Both the position numbers and the translations under genes were made by a program. Below, piece by piece: positions 39,080 through 48,030 of a DNA stretch of 64,000 nt; the first letter of the stretch is position 1, and each line of letters begins with the position of its first letter. Origin of the DNA: a virus; the IMG/VR virus record IMGVR_UViG_3300045988_182914, positions 28,339-92,338 of that record; one strand, 5' to 3'. A model generated the notes under the pieces. The model did no database searches and was not told where the DNA came from. It worked only from the letters and a program-made list of their open reading frames with translations.

Positions 39080-39379
39080 AGCCTTACAGCCCCGTATTTT
39101 GCGCGTATTCTCTGTTTTTATAAAAATCATATTTTTTAGTTATCCCCCACTGTAACCAAAAAACAAAAAAACTCTTTTTCGTACATTTTCATCTTATATG
39201 GAAAGCCAGAGGTGGTGTCCGAAGGCTGAAAAGCGGACGTCTGGTTCCGTTTAAAGCATGTGTAAAGCACCGTAAGTGTATGACTAAGAGCACAATTAAG
39301 CCTGCAGAAATACTGCAGCTGTATGGCTAGAAAAACTGCAGCAAAAAAGAGACCGCAATTCGAAGTCTCTTTTTTTTGC

Positions 39380-39832
39380 TCATTCTTCCAACTTGGCATT
39401 ATCAGCAAATGCTCTTGCCTCCTGCTCAGACGCAAATTCCTTAATATACCCGCCATATCTGAAATACTTCTTAGCATTTCTCTGCCTTTCAGTGATATGG
39501 TCAGTTACTTTAACATCAGCACCCACAATCTTTGGATAACTCTTCGTTCCGCCCCATTCAGCTGAAACCAGTACATACCACTTATCCTCTTTTGGCTTTT
39601 CCTTTTTGATTATGGGGAAATCCTTTGGATTCAGTTCTTTAAAGTCGGCCGGATCGTAAAAGTCCGTCTCGCCGTAGAACTTTCCGGTATGATGCCATTC
39701 AGCTTTCATGACGGCTCCGGCTTCAACTGCTCTTTTCTGCCATGCCTTAAGCTTCGACTTTGGAAGCAGTCCGTCTTCATAGGCAGCAACGGCATTGTTG
39801 CTCATACATTTCTCTCTGTTATATCCGCTCAT
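39380..39832 (-). CDS. Hypothetical protein
   Basis: 150 aa. Conserved motif at 39840..39890 upstream. Confidence 0.5.
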   Translation of the reverse strand: MSGYNREKCMSNNAVAAYEDGLLPKSKLKAWQKRAVEAGAVMKAEWHHTGKFYGETDFYDPADFKELNPKDFPIIKKEKPKEDKWYVLVSAEWGGTKSYPKIVGADVKVTDHITERQRNAKKYFRYGGYIKEFASEQEARAFADNAKLEE

Positions 39833-39983
39833 TTCTTATCCTCCATTTTTCTTTTTTTTGTAAAAAGAGTATGTAAGATTTTATATAGGCGGATGAGCTT
39901 CCATATAAAATGGCAGTATGCACAAAAAAGAACGCCTGAAAAACTTTTGTTTCTCAAGCGTCCTAAAATTTTGTCAAACAATA

Positions 39984-40733
39984 TTATATTTCGCAAATGC
40001 CGGGCTCGTACTTTGCAACCGGATTCAGCTTAAATTCATTGGCCAGATGTTTCTGCTTAATCACCTCGTCAATTTCTTTATCTTCGCAGGTCTCATTGCG
40101 AATAAAGGTATCCAGCTGCTCATACGTAAATCCAAAATTGTCTTCATCTGTCTTTCCACATAAACCGTCTGACGGTGTTTTGTCAACATACTTAGACGGC
40201 AGGCCAAGACAATGTCCAATGGCACAGACTTCAGACTTTGTCAAATATCCTAAAGGAGCCACATCCCCATCACCATCGCCGCCTATCGTAAAATAGCCGA
40301 CATAATCTTCAGAATAATTACATGTGTTAATCATTCTGCCATTATTACACTGACAGACTGCTCTTATCATCTTTGTACGTTCTCTTGGCGCAATATTCTG
40401 CCTGCACTGCTTCGTAATCTCGATTCCACAGTCCTGCAGCTGCTTGAAACTGGCCTCAAGTGCTGATCTTATGTTAATAGTATAGTTTCTGATACCCAAG
40501 AGCCTGCATACTTCAATAGAATCATTAATGTCTGACTGTTCTCCATCCGGCAGCATTACGCCGATGACCCTGTCTGCTCCGAGGGCCTTTACGCACAATG
40601 CCGCTGCTATTGTACTGTCCTTGCCGCCTGAAATGCCCAGTACGGCATTACAGCCTTTCCCATTTTCATCAAACCAGTCCTTAATCCATTTGATAAGATT
40701 TTCTGTCTGCTGTGCTGCATTGAAATTATACAT
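39984..40733 (-). CDS. nadE: NH3-dependent NAD+ synthetase NadE
   Basis: 249 aa. PP-loop GISGGKDS. Overall similarity to the NadE family. Confidence 0.88.
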   Translation of the reverse strand: MYNFNAAQQTENLIKWIKDWFDENGKGCNAVLGISGGKDSTIAAALCVKALGADRVIGVMLPDGEQSDINDSIEVCRLLGIRNYTINIRSALEASFKQLQDCGIEITKQCRQNIAPRERTKMIRAVCQCNNGRMINTCNYSEDYVGYFTIGGDGDGDVAPLGYLTKSEVCAIGHCLGLPSKYVDKTPSDGLCGKTDEDNFGFTYEQLDTFIRNETCEDKEIDEVIKQKHLANEFKLNPVAKYEPGICEI

Positions 40734-40734
40734 A

Positions 40735-41952
40735 CTATTTTTCCTCCTTAATCCTCCAGTCTATACATCTCTGAAGATAATCCACGTAATCCGGGTTTTT
40801 GCACATGCCTTTGCCTGGTGTGTCAGAAATCTTGGCTACGTCCATTCCGTTGCATCTTGTAGTTTTCATGACAATGTTGAGTGCAGGAACATCTGTATCA
40901 TTGCTTAAGTATGTGCCGATACCAAAAGCTACATTTGTTTCCTTGCAGAAATGTCTGTAGAGCTTGTCAGCACGCTCAAAGTCAAGACTGTCGCTGAATA
41001 AAAGTGTCTTTGTTTTAGGGTCAATTCCAAGGCTCCTGTAATGAGCAATCATCTTTTCACCCCACTCATACGGGTCTCCGCTGTCATGACGCACTCCTGA
41101 GAAAAGTGTCGCATAGGTAAGCTGGAAATCACGCAGGAAACAGTCTGTTGTGATTGTGTCAGTAAGCGCAATACCGTTTAATACTCCATACTCCTTAATC
41201 CATGCATCAAGAGCATACCAGTTTGAATATGCCGGATTGTGTTTGTGATTGCCCTGTCCTGTACACATAATCCACTCATGAGCCATAGTGCCTACAGGTG
41301 TAAGCCCATACTTCTTTGCAAGATACACATTTGATGTGCCGACAAACTTTGATGAACTGTGCAGGGTGTCGTTTAAATGTGCGAACTTCTGCACTGCAAG
41401 TTCCTGTGCTTCAGCAGAAAGTCTTCTTCTGAGACCAAACTCTGAGAATGTACCTGCGTACCAGTGTCCGTTCTTTAAATTCTCATACTTCGCATCCAGA
41501 CGCTTCTTAAAGCTGTCAAGCAGCTTATCATAGTCATATGTCATTCTGAAATACACTTCATTTACAATGGCAAGTGTCGGAATCTCATACATTGATGTGT
41601 TAAGCCATGTTCCTTTTGCCTCGATAGACAAGCCGCAAGGTGCATCTGTTCCTATCTCAAAATCCTCAAAACGTGGCTGCCAGAGACGAAGAAAATCAAC
41701 GTAAGAGCCTTTAATCCACTTGATATTGTCTAAATATGCAAGTTCATCTTCCGCAAACCGAAGCTTGCAGAATGCCTTAATCTGTTCTGTTATCTCCTGT
41801 ACCATTTCCGGTGTAAAATGCACATCCGTATTTCTGCACTTGAATGTCCATGTGGTCTTGTAATCCGTAAACTGATGGAATATTGTCTGACCCATCGAAA
41901 ATTTATACATGTCTGTCTCTAAAAGACTTGTGATTATCTGGTTTAATTTCAT
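40735..41952 (-). CDS. pncB: Nicotinate phosphoribosyltransferase PncB (E. coli-type, about 400 aa)
   Basis: 405 aa. SLLETDMYKFSMGQ, FVGTSNVYLAKKYGLTPVGTMAHEW, GVRHDSGDPYEWGEKMIAHYRSLGIDPKTKTLLFSDSLD and ISDTPGKGMC align closely with E. coli PncB. Confidence 0.92.
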   Translation of the reverse strand: MKLNQIITSLLETDMYKFSMGQTIFHQFTDYKTTWTFKCRNTDVHFTPEMVQEITEQIKAFCKLRFAEDELAYLDNIKWIKGSYVDFLRLWQPRFEDFEIGTDAPCGLSIEAKGTWLNTSMYEIPTLAIVNEVYFRMTYDYDKLLDSFKKRLDAKYENLKNGHWYAGTFSEFGLRRRLSAEAQELAVQKFAHLNDTLHSSSKFVGTSNVYLAKKYGLTPVGTMAHEWIMCTGQGNHKHNPAYSNWYALDAWIKEYGVLNGIALTDTITTDCFLRDFQLTYATLFSGVRHDSGDPYEWGEKMIAHYRSLGIDPKTKTLLFSDSLDFERADKLYRHFCKETNVAFGIGTYLSNDTDVPALNIVMKTTRCNGMDVAKISDTPGKGMCKNPDYVDYLQRCIDWRIKEEK

Positions 41953-42013
41953 GTATTCTCCTCCTTATTCTTACGTTATCAGTATGTCAGAAACCTTTTT
42001 GATAAATGGCTTT

Positions 42014-42556
42014 CTATATAATATTTACCTGAATCATCTTCATTGCTTCTATTGCTGTCTTATGACTTTCAGGCGTTACGCAGGCACAGGCATTTTCTAT
42101 CACGAACACCTCTGCATCTTTACAGAACGTCTTTGCAATCGCTACGTTGCTGATTACACATATTCCTGTGCAGAATCCGCAGAAATAAATCTCTGTATCG
42201 CTGTTGTCATATCCCGCAAGCAGTTCGCCAAGCTCTTTGCTGCCAAACGTCGGCTTGTCAATATAAGTAATATCGTCACAATTAACTCCACGCTCCTTCA
42301 TTGCATCTTTAAGACGAGCGTCTACTTCCCATCCGTTTGTCCCTTTAATACAGTGCACTACCGGAAGTTTCTTTCCTTCCTGAGTATTCAGATAGTTTTC
42401 ATCATGCGTATCCCTTGTGAATATCACGTCATCATATTTTCCTGACCTGATTTCATCTGCAATAACATTTGTCGCCACGTTACACTCCTTGTTTCCAAGA
42501 ACTCCTGTAATAAAATCATTCTGCGCATCCACTACTACTAAAATTTTCTTTGCCAT
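42014..42556 (-). CDS. pncA: Isochorismatase-family hydrolase, most likely nicotinamidase PncA
   Basis: 180 aa. VVVDAQNDF (Asp), conserved Lys in YIDKPTFG, Cys in FCGFCTGICV. Assignment as nicotinamidase is supported by operon context. Confidence 0.75.
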   Translation of the reverse strand: MAKKILVVVDAQNDFITGVLGNKECNVATNVIADEIRSGKYDDVIFTRDTHDENYLNTQEGKKLPVVHCIKGTNGWEVDARLKDAMKERGVNCDDITYIDKPTFGSKELGELLAGYDNSDTEIYFCGFCTGICVISNVAIAKTFCKDAEVFVIENACACVTPESHKTAIEAMKMIQVNII

Positions 42557-42568
42557 AATTATTTCCTC

Positions 42569-44023
42569 CTACATCATATAATCATCATTTGTTGCAGCCA
42601 TAAGGATTTTTCTAAGCTGCTTTAAATCTTTCCACATCCATCGTGGAACCAGATCCCTGACTTTGTCATAATCTTTCTTACACAGCAAATCTCTGATCAT
42701 TGTACTCGAAATTTCAATATCGCTTCTGCCAAGATTTCTGATGGTCACATTCTTTAAAATATCATCTGTAAACCAGTTTTCCGCAATCTTCGGATCGTCG
42801 TTGTAATAAAATGTAAAGCTTTTCTCTCCAATTTCATTAGCTATGTTGTAATAGAAGAAAGAACCCCATTCTTTTACATACTGGGCTGCATCCTCCATGC
42901 TCCAGTCTGATAAAGTCATAACCTTTACATCTGCACCGCTTAAATCCTCTTCCTGCAGTACGTTTTCAACAAGTCTTTTTCTGTATTCGATTGGAAACGG
43001 ATTTCTCTTTGTATAGCTTTTGTTTGCACTGCCTATCACAACAAGCAGATTTTCGCACTCCGATGCGGCCTGTTTTATCATGTTCAGGTGTCCGTTATGG
43101 AATGGCTGTGCCCTTGTGAGTATCACACCGTTTTTATATTTCTTCTGCACTTTAACCAGTTTACGTTCATCCATGTTAAGGTCAACATATCTGTACACAG
43201 CAGCCGGTTTTCTTCCGACAATAGGCCTCTGCGACCTGTCAAGTGAAACAAGCTGTCCTGCAATCTTCTCACGGAACACCTTTGGATGAACTTCCTTTCC
43301 TGAAAGAACCTCAAACACCTTAAGCAGATCCGGAATGGTAAACTCACGCGGCACAAGGTTAAACATAATGCCTGTATACTCAGCCTTATTCCTTATCCTC
43401 ATAAGTCCTTCCAGCATAATCTGGTCATGGTCAAAAGCAAGCTTTTCGTCTGATACACTGACCGGAATAAAATTTTCCACTGTAATTACACCGTTTTTAA
43501 ATTTCTCAGACTTGAGGGAGTATTCAATTTTAATCAAGTCGTTTGCGAACTCAAGTTTTTTATCTGCAAATTTCACATCGAACCATCTGGCATCCTTTGC
43601 GTCATCTCCTGCAACAGCAGCCTGCTCATATCCATATGGAAGCAGTGCAATGTATGCAATATCAATAATTCTCATACGAGGGTCCCTGTCCGGCTGGCTC
43701 ATGGTATAGAGCTGCTCAAGATAAATGTCTGTAAGACCTGTTTCCTCTTTAAGCTCCCTGCACGCTGCTTCATATGCGGATTCCTTTATATTAATAAATC
43801 CGCCCGGAAGCGCCCACTTGTCTATCTCCGGATGAGCCTTTCTCTTTATCAAAAGCACCTGCATACAGCTTAAGTCTTCCTTCATACGAAGCACCATCAT
43901 GTCAACTGTAACCGATGGCCTGTCATAATCACCCGGTTTATATTCTGCTAAAAATTCCTGTTCTGTTAATCCATTTACATCTACTTTATTCATGTGTTTA
44001 ACTCCTATAATTACTTTCTGCAT
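42569..44023 (-). CDS. Three-domain fusion: N-terminal Nudix hydrolase (ADP-ribose pyrophosphatase-like), central NrtR-like winged-helix segment, C-terminal NadM-type NMN/NaMN adenylyltransferase
   Basis: Nudix box GGFINIKESAYEAACRELKEETG. Central PREFTIPDLLKVFEVLSGKEV...FREKI resembles the NrtR wHTH. C-terminal LTRAQPFHNGH and LVVIGSANK are the (H/T)xGH nucleotidyltransferase signatures. Confidence 0.85.
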   Translation of the reverse strand: MQKVIIGVKHMNKVDVNGLTEQEFLAEYKPGDYDRPSVTVDMMVLRMKEDLSCMQVLLIKRKAHPEIDKWALPGGFINIKESAYEAACRELKEETGLTDIYLEQLYTMSQPDRDPRMRIIDIAYIALLPYGYEQAAVAGDDAKDARWFDVKFADKKLEFANDLIKIEYSLKSEKFKNGVITVENFIPVSVSDEKLAFDHDQIMLEGLMRIRNKAEYTGIMFNLVPREFTIPDLLKVFEVLSGKEVHPKVFREKIAGQLVSLDRSQRPIVGRKPAAVYRYVDLNMDERKLVKVQKKYKNGVILTRAQPFHNGHLNMIKQAASECENLLVVIGSANKSYTKRNPFPIEYRKRLVENVLQEEDLSGADVKVMTLSDWSMEDAAQYVKEWGSFFYYNIANEIGEKSFTFYYNDDPKIAENWFTDDILKNVTIRNLGRSDIEISSTMIRDLLCKKDYDKVRDLVPRWMWKDLKQLRKILMAATNDDYMM

Positions 44024-44047
44024 TTTTTATATTTACTTTATGTACTT

Positions 44048-44076
44048 ATTATAGTAGCTCTTAGTAACTATGTCAA
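44048..44076 (-). promoter_or_regulatory. Consensus sigma70 promoter TTGACA-17-TATAAT driving the NAD salvage operon
   Basis: Minus-strand ttgacatagttactaagagctactataat. Flanked by AAGTACTT/AAGTAC inverted elements that could be an operator. Confidence 0.7.
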
Positions 44077-44147
44077 GTACTTTATAGAATTAATTGTATT
44101 TTTTCGAATTTAGTGTGCTTCCACAGTCTATCCGTGGGAGACGCCAA

Positions 44148-44186
44148 TATATGAACTCAAAAAAAAGAGGTACATTTCTGTACCTC
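44148..44186 (-). terminator. Rho-independent terminator downstream of the flotillin gene
   Basis: Hairpin agaggtaca-tttc-tgtacctct with a T-run on the minus strand. Confidence 0.7.
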
Positions 44187-44197
44187 TTCTGCCTTTT

Positions 44198-45706
44198 CTA
44201 CATGTTCTCGTAGTCGAAGCATTCATCTTTTGAATCAGATGGAATCTTATTCTTATGCATTTCTGCTGTGGTTTCTTTTACCGCATTTTCAGTGATTTTC
44301 TCGCCAAAATCTGTTGCTACGTTAATATTGTTGTTAACTTTGGCGTCATATGTATTAGCTTTCATGACCTCGGTAAGGTCAAATCCGGTTGTCTCTTTTA
44401 CAGACTCGATGGTTTTAGCAAGCACCTGCGGAACATTGTCGCTTATAGCAGACATTCCACTGTCTCCTGCACCACCGATAATAGAAACCTTATCAATGCT
44501 CTCAAGTGGCTTAGCAATAGCCTCTGCCATCTGTGGAAGAACCTTGATAATCATCTCGGTCATTGCTGCCTTGCCGTATTTAGCCATAGCATCAGCTTTC
44601 TTTTCCATAGCCTCTGCCTCTGCAAGACCTTTTGCTCTGATACCTTCTGCTTCTGCCTCATACTGTGCCCTTGTTGCCTCGGCAGCCTGAAGCTTTGTAA
44701 ACTTCTCTGCTTCTGCTCTCTTTTCCTGCTCATACTTCTCAGCATCAGCTTTCTGCATACGGGCGTATTTCTCAGCATCCGCCTGTTTCTTTACTTCAGC
44801 ATCGAGTGACTTCTCGCGGACTGCAATCTCTTTCTCCTTGATTTCAGCCTCTTTTTCCTGCTTGGCAATGTTTGCGTCAGCAGTTGCGATCTCAATGGTT
44901 TTCCTCTGCTCCTGTTCCTGAATCTCATAAGCTGCATCAGCTTCAGCCTTTTTGATGTCTGACTGTTTCTTAAGCTCCTGCTTCTTGATTTCCAGTGCAT
45001 TGTTCTGCTCCGCAATAGCTGTCTCAGCTTCTACTCTTGCATCATTGGCCTGCTTGTCTGCGGCTGCCTTTGCAACAGCAATATCTCTTAAGCTTTCAGC
45101 CTTTGAAATCTGTGCTGATTTAGAAATACTTACAATTCTATCAATACCTAAATTCTCAATGACATCGGCCTTATCAGTAACATTCTGTACATTAAAGGAC
45201 ACAATATCTAAGCCCATCTTAGCCATATCCGGAGCTGCATTCTCCTGAACCTTATCAGCAAACTTCTTACGGTCCTGTACAATTTCCTCAAGCTTCATCT
45301 GACCAATAATTTCTCGGACATTACCCTGCAATACATCCACAACAGAAGTCCTGATGTAATCTTCATTCTTGTTAAGGAAGTTGCTTGCGGCAAGCTTCAT
45401 CTTCTCTGGATCCATGCTAACCTTGACTTTTACAGCCGAATCAATATTGACATTAATATAATCATTGGTTGGAACTGACTCCTCAGTTTTTACATCCACT
45501 GAAATCATCTTCAAAGTAAGTCTGTCAGTTCTCTGTAAGAACGGAATCTTGATCGATGACCGCCCGATTACATACTTTGGCTCCTTCTTAAGTCCACTGA
45601 TGATTACTGCCGTATCTGTTGGTGCCTTGACATATCCTGTAATAAGGATAAGAACAATGACTACCACAATGGCTGCTGCTACAAATATTAAGTTGTCCAT
45701 GTGCAT
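44198..45706 (-). CDS. Flotillin-like SPFH/band-7 protein (FloT/YuaG-like)
   Basis: 502 aa. N-terminal TM, SPFH domain, long Ala/Glu/Lys-rich coiled-coil repeats (EAEIKEKEIAVREK...). Confidence 0.85.
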   Translation of the reverse strand: MHMDNLIFVAAAIVVVIVLILITGYVKAPTDTAVIISGLKKEPKYVIGRSSIKIPFLQRTDRLTLKMISVDVKTEESVPTNDYINVNIDSAVKVKVSMDPEKMKLAASNFLNKNEDYIRTSVVDVLQGNVREIIGQMKLEEIVQDRKKFADKVQENAAPDMAKMGLDIVSFNVQNVTDKADVIENLGIDRIVSISKSAQISKAESLRDIAVAKAAADKQANDARVEAETAIAEQNNALEIKKQELKKQSDIKKAEADAAYEIQEQEQRKTIEIATADANIAKQEKEAEIKEKEIAVREKSLDAEVKKQADAEKYARMQKADAEKYEQEKRAEAEKFTKLQAAEATRAQYEAEAEGIRAKGLAEAEAMEKKADAMAKYGKAAMTEMIIKVLPQMAEAIAKPLESIDKVSIIGGAGDSGMSAISDNVPQVLAKTIESVKETTGFDLTEVMKANTYDAKVNNNINVATDFGEKITENAVKETTAEMHKNKIPSDSKDECFDYENM

Positions 45707-45777
45707 TTTTCTCCTTTTTTATAATGGATTTTTTTATATAATATTCCTTATTTGAACTTTGTCCAAAAAAGGAAATA

Positions 45778-46077
45778 TTAATCTGTTATCATAATAATGT
45801 CAGTGTATTCATAATCACTGATGTCGGCATATCCATACTTAAGCAGCTCTTCAACAATATCATTGCAGTTGAATCTGCTTATACCGACAAACATCAAACC
45901 TGCATTATGCGGCATGTCCTGCTGCGATACCAATAATCCGCATCTGTAAGTGTTTCCAAATTCATCCACCTCATCGTCAGGCTTATTATCAAACACCTTA
46001 ACCTTATGCTTGCAGTAATGTACATTTGTTACGGCAATGACCACGTCGGTACTACCCTGTTTAAATTTTAGTCGCAC
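45778..46077 (-). CDS. Hypothetical protein
   Basis: 99 aa ORF. Confidence 0.4.
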   Translation of the reverse strand: MRLKFKQGSTDVVIAVTNVHYCKHKVKVFDNKPDDEVDEFGNTYRCGLLVSQQDMPHNAGLMFVGISRFNCNDIVEELLKYGYADISDYEYTDIIMITD

Positions 46078-46100
46078 GCTTTTTTCTCCTCTCTAAATTT

Positions 46101-46397
46101 TCATCCAAATATCTTCTCAAATCTGCCTTTTGTGTAGTTGTATTTTTCGATGATTTTTTCTTCATACTTTACAACATACGTTTCAAGTTTCATTTTTAAA
46201 GCCGTATCTATCATGTTTTTGGTGCCTCTGCTGTCAGCTCTTAAAAATGCTATCAGCACACCGTTACAGCCCTTCTTCATGGCATATCTTGCCATTTCAC
46301 CGTTCCTTCTTGGTCCGGCCATTTTTCCGTAACGGCTCCAGTCAGCTGGAAATCTAGCAACAGCCATTCCTTCTTCTCTTGCATATTCCTCGCCCAT
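46101..46397 (-). CDS. DUF2493 / SLOG-family protein. The ORF continues upstream to about 46545 with no in-frame ATG (alternative start, 5' truncation or intervening element)
   Basis: ISGTCRGTDKMGEEYAREEGMAVARFPADWSRYGKMAGPRRNGEM matches the DUF2493 core. Upstream in-frame translation RIPVSGTTIISG continues the family N-terminal region. Confidence 0.6.
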   Translation of the reverse strand: MGEEYAREEGMAVARFPADWSRYGKMAGPRRNGEMARYAMKKGCNGVLIAFLRADSRGTKNMIDTALKMKLETYVVKYEEKIIEKYNYTKGRFEKIFG

Positions 46398-46551
46398 CTT
46401 ATCAGTTCCACGGCAGGTGCCGCTGATTATGGTTGTACCGCTTACTGGAATTCGCGCAGTCTTGAATATCCACCTGCAAACCTTATTTAATCTGGTCTGG
46501 TCTGGTCCGTGAATTCTCTGCTTCCTGCTATTATTACTCTGTTTTCAGGCA

Positions 46552-46805
46552 TCATATGACATCAGCTTCCTTTCTAAGACACACGCACGCCCCGGGTGGA
46601 GCATGCGCACGCTGCTGAAATTCTTTCGGATATGTCGGCATCCCGCTGTCGAGACCGGATACCGTCCAGGGAACTACTTCAGCTAAACCCGCGTGCATCC
46701 GGAAGGATTCGAACCTTAGCTGCCTGCCAAAACCAGACATCCGAATGCGATGATAAGCGGCGAACCGCCTGGCAGACATGACTGCATGCACACGGCATTG
46801 AAGAC
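46552..46805 (-). other. GC-rich (about 57%) structured non-coding element containing a tRNA-like minihelix (acceptor stem plus T-arm GGTTCGAATCC, lacking D and anticodon arms)
   Basis: Minus-strand GCATTCGG-23nt-TAAGG-TTCGAAT-CCTT-CCGGATGC. Further nested hairpins (GGCGGTTCGCCGC, CATCGCATTCGGATG). Lies between conserved motif 46820..46850 and the DUF2493 ORF. Confidence 0.45.
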
Positions 46806-46900
46806 ATACAGCTTCATGTCTGTCATTATAAGTATGATAGATTTTATACCCGTTTATAGGTTTCTATATAAATTTTCCATATTTTTCAGCTCGCAGTGCA

Positions 46901-46975
46901 ACGCACATATAATACTATAAGGTCTGAATTTTTGGTGCACCCTTGTTATCCTCTTTTGGACACAAAAAAAAGAAC
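46901..46975. repeat. About 70 bp direct repeat, copy A (copy B at 48205..48274), bracketing the Rpn transposase gene
   Basis: acgcacatataatactataaggtctgaatttttggtgcaccctt.ttat.ctcttttgg.cacaaaaaa at about 93% identity. Confidence 0.8.
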
Positions 46976-47016
46976 TTCGGCAAAACACCGAAGCCCTTTT
47001 ATAAAACAACTTCTTA

Positions 47017-48030
47017 TTATTTTATTCCTATTGCAAGCAAGATAGTATGCTCATCATATCCCTGCCTTGCCAGTTCCTCTTTTGTTACACCATTTCTCAA
47101 TTTTTGGACGGCTTCGGCCAGAAGATTCTGCCCTTCAACTCTGCCTTTAAGTATGCCCTGACTAATGCCTTTAGCCATATTTTTCTCCGCAATGTTTTGA
47201 GAATAAGCTGTCATCTGCCTTACCTCCTCTTCTATTGTTTTTGTTATCTTCACGCCGTGCCCAGCAAGCGAATCGAGTTTTTCCTGTTTCGACATCTCGT
47301 CGTTAACAAGATCCGTCAGAAAGCCTATCAGTTCCCCACTGGACTGCGTATAAGTATGATTTTTACTCAGTCTTATTATCTTCAGATACATTATATCATA
47401 CCGGTCTTCGATTGTCGAGCTGCTTACAACCATTCCATTTTTTTCAACTTCTTTTTGAAGGCTTATGGTTTCGATTGTTCCTGCACGTTTTTCAGGTGTC
47501 TCGGGGCATATCCAAATGGAATACACTTTTTTCAAACCGCCGTACTTGACAGGGTCGTCTTTTGAAAGAGTAAATTCTTTTCCACACTGTCTTGAAATCT
47601 CCCTGCACATGTAGAATATGCCTCTTTCTGATATATCATACCCCGGACGTTCCGCTTTCTGCCCTTCGATATTAATGTAAAGCTTAACGAAATCCGTTTT
47701 GCTGTCTGACAACTTGACAGGAGCCATAATCCACGACAGAATATCAAATTTGACAAGCTCTTCGCCTGCGACATAATCCTCCTGCGCAAGTTCTCCCGAC
47801 AGGACAGCATTCTCAAGCCCGGGCTCCACAGGTATGCGCATGAATTCCACATCGCCAAGAAGCGCTGTAATCTGTTCGTATGACAGATTTTTGCATTCAT
47901 CCACGCAGCCTTTGACGATTCGTGCCATGAACTGTTCATTCGACAGAAGCTTCTTAATACAGTTGTCTAACAGTATGTCTTCAGGTTCAAGCGCGACAAT
48001 GGTTTTTGCTGCTGATGTTAACTCTTCCAT
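47017..48030 (-). CDS. Rpn/YhgA-like PD-(D/E)xK family transposase (Transposase_31)
   Basis: 337 aa. C-terminal MTAYSQNIAEKNMAKGISQGILKGRVEGQ helix-repeat tail typical of the Rpn family. Confidence 0.75.
   Translation of the reverse strand: MEELTSAAKTIVALEPEDILLDNCIKKLLSNEQFMARIVKGCVDECKNLSYEQITALLGDVEFMRIPVEPGLENAVLSGELAQEDYVAGEELVKFDILSWIMAPVKLSDSKTDFVKLYINIEGQKAERPGYDISERGIFYMCREISRQCGKEFTLSKDDPVKYGGLKKVYSIWICPETPEKRAGTIETISLQKEVEKNGMVVSSSTIEDRYDIMYLKIIRLSKNHTYTQSSGELIGFLTDLVNDEMSKQEKLDSLAGHGVKITKTIEEEVRQMTAYSQNIAEKNMAKGISQGILKGRVEGQNLLAEAVQKLRNGVTKEELARQGYDEHTILLAIGIK

Noticed and set aside
46552-46791. 79 aa ORF over the GC-rich element; also considered tmRNA, SRP RNA or a tRNA with a group I intron
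   Set aside because: The ORF has no RBS and odd composition. No tag-peptide reading frame or CCA-ending acceptor for tmRNA. No SRP domain IV motif. The 5' and 3' acceptor halves are only 54 nt apart, so this is a minihelix, not an intron-containing tRNA.
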